Assembly: GCA_963785725.1 (NCBI GenBank)
Contig: CAWAWS010000003.1
Span: forward strand, 499,449 to 563,448
DNA: 64,000 nt
Source of the DNA: an uncultured delta proteobacterium
GTDB taxonomy: Bacteria; Myxococcota_A; Polyangia; Palsa-1104
Direction: 5' to 3'
Shown: one piece after another, positions 61,925 through 64,000 of the stretch
Numbering within the stretch: position 1 is the stretch's first letter
Layout: each line of letters starts with the position of its first letter
Notes under the pieces: generated by a model
What the model was told of the DNA's origin: nothing
The model's database searches: none
The model's input: only the letters and a program-made list of their open reading frames with translations
Made by a program: the position numbers and the translations under genes

Positions 61925-63728
61925 TCAGGCACTTTTGAGATACCGGTCAAAGAGGAACAATACGGACTCGTATTCGAGCTTTACGAGCGCTCGGTTCGCA
62001 TCCAATTCCTGGACGCCCGCTTTTACTTCCGCAGCGCAGTTCTTGAGTTCCAGACAGAGGCGAATGGGACCGATCACTGCTTCGGTAAGTGCATCGATTC
62101 CCGCGAACGGATATACGCCTTGCGCCAACGGAAGTGTGCACGGCCCGGAGATTTGGACCAGTCGGTTGTAGAAAGCACGCGGCCACTCAACTTCGCCTGT
62201 TCCGGCCCCCGGTAGACGCACGGGAACGCCACTCAGAATCGCCGTGGCGGAAACGCAGAGCAGGTCCCAGTCCTGCTCCTGTCCGGACTCGGGAAGAGGG
62301 ACACTTACGCCCACTTCTTTCCAGTTCGACGAAACGTTCCAGCGCTGGCCGCATGCTAACAATCGCATCGTCGATTCTGCCGCCGGCCGCCAGAGGCGTA
62401 CTGGAAACGCCATCCTGTGTGCGGAGAAAGAGTTTCGCGGTTGGTTTGTCGCTCGCGAACTTCTCGCAAAAAGCGACAGCAGGGAGCGCATCCGTCGCCG
62501 AGAGCCCCGACACATCGACAAATAGGTTGAGCCGAGCCTCGGAGGTGCGGAGGTCTTGGCGAAGGCGGAGGTGGAGCCCATGCTTCTCAGAATCAATGGA
62601 GACTTCCAAGGCAGTGGAGAAGTCACCGCTGATCTTTTTTGTACGTCGTAAAGCCTTGAGCCACTGCACATCCCCGGCATCGGCGCCGATGGCGATCTCT
62701 ACCTGCTGTTCGGCGATGATCTGCGCGGCCGTCTGTGACCTGACGGATTTCGCACTGCTGGTGGTAGCGCCCGCCGTCCGGCTTTCATAGGCCATTGTCA
62801 GCGTGCGCGATACATCAACTCGTTCGTCGGCTCTTAGTTGTAGACGACCAACCTTGGGAGCCGCACCGTCGTAGGTTGGTATTGGCGGAAGCGGTCCCTG
62901 GACATGCGTACCTCCTCTTGGCGCTCTCCAAATAATGGTGGTGTTGTGCAAAGAGAGGGCGGCAACGAGCGGCGGCCAGGCTCCATCCTGCTCGCTCTTG
63001 AGGCTCCAGACACGTATGCGCCCCGCAGTCGGTGCCCCACCAGCCGAGAAGGCTACGAGGTACTCGACTGGAAACTGGACTTGGCGACCAAGCGCGAAGT
63101 CTTTTACTGACTGATGGTGAACGCGGTCTGCTGGCCGAAGCAGGAGCCAGACGGAACGCGCGATGCTGCGAATCGCCAACAGCGGTCGATAGCGCTGAGT
63201 TCCTATTGGCACTTCAACTGTGTTCCCTGCCGAATATCGGAGGGGATCGTTCGCCACGTCGATCTGAGTGCAACCTTCCCAGCTCCCTCGCTGCTGATCT
63301 CCAAAGCACTGCTGCTCTGAATTGACGGAGTTCCGCCTTTGCCGCGTGCACCCGTGAAGACCCGCTCCATAGCGAGCATGCTCGCGAGAGCTTCTTCGCA
63401 GTCGCTGCCCTCGTTGTTGCAGTCATCGCATTCCTCTGCTGACTGATGACTCTCTTGTTGCCGAGGTGCTCTGGGACCGCGTGCGACACCGATACGAAAG
63501 TCGCCCCGCCGGCGGCCGTCCGTTCGCAATAGGCGCATTTGCGCGGTGCGACGTCAGCTCCAAAGATCCATTCTTGCTGAAGTTCGTAGACCTTCGAATC
63601 AATGCTCCACACGGCATACGCTTTCAGCTCGTAGACGTCGCGGAAGTCACGCGGTGGGTCATCAGGAAAAACTCGTCACCGAGATACCCGATGTAACAGG
63701 GCTCGTGCATCCCCAGGAGTTTGCTCAT
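61925..63728 (-). other. Mirror copy of the HNH protein, broken by indels
   Basis: Fragments match the translation of 41176-42978. Confidence 0.85.
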
Positions 63729-64000
63729 GGCTACAGGATCAAGCCCTTACGGGCCGCCTGTCAATGAGCGGCGCTTCTGGCAACCGTCGCAACCGTCGCG
63801 ATCACTCGGAGCTTTGGAGTCGTACTCTCGACGGAGAACGACGACGTCTGACCCGCGACAATTTGCCGCATTGCGTCCGCGGCGCATCGGTGCCAAGCTA
63901 GCGATTAGCGACTGAGCTGGCCTCGTACCCCGAGGCTCATGGCTCGCTAGAGCAGTACGAGCGAATGAGTCACCGAGTTTTCCACCCCTACGCGGGTGGA

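Larger units (their letters stand above)
40904..64000. repeat. Giant fold-back inverted repeat (arms 40904-52472 and 52480-64000)
   Basis: Centre GAGCGGCGTCGCCGCAGCCGC-tcccgcc-GCGGCTGCGGCGACGCCGCTC; every gene appears mirrored; the window end matches the reverse complement at 40904. Confidence 0.97.

Noticed and set aside
1..64000. CRISPR array, rRNA or complete tRNA
   Set aside because: No regularly spaced repeat-spacer series or recognisable structural RNA gene seen; the only tRNA-like piece is 14 nt at 39098-39111

Overview
GC-rich bacterial DNA. Gene content (sigma54 regulators, DUF4398/OmpA, DUF4157 proteins, long Gly-rich lipoproteins) suggests Myxococcota; this is inference, not a taxonomic assignment. 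There are four parts. (1) 1-22.8 kb is core-like: a two-component cluster, a kaiC-kaiB-PAS kinase operon without kaiA, an ice-binding (DUF3494-like) lipoprotein/OmpA cluster, an NtrC-type activator, YihY and a DUF3604-PPIase-HupE/UreJ operon. Several intergenic gaps hold sigma54 -24/-12 boxes, and three share a 36-bp upstream element. (2) 22.8-37 kb is a decayed accessory zone: IS3/IS66 remnants, pseudogenes and two divergent toxin-immunity pairs (a DUF4157 protein with a nucleotidyltransferase-like tip, and a DUF4157-less sibling with the same linker module). (3) From 37.4 kb a large serine recombinase precedes a lower-GC defence-like island: HEXXH protein, HNH nuclease, TIR/NDT-like protein, Mokosh type I-like helicase + PLD pair, HEPN protein and a nuclease toxin-immunity pair. 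(4) 40904-52472 and 52480-64000 are reverse complements of each other around a 7-nt loop. The arms differ mostly by scattered indels and the fold cuts a gene, so this is most likely a long-read fold-back artefact and the island should be counted once. All family calls are from motif recognition by eye; no searches were run.
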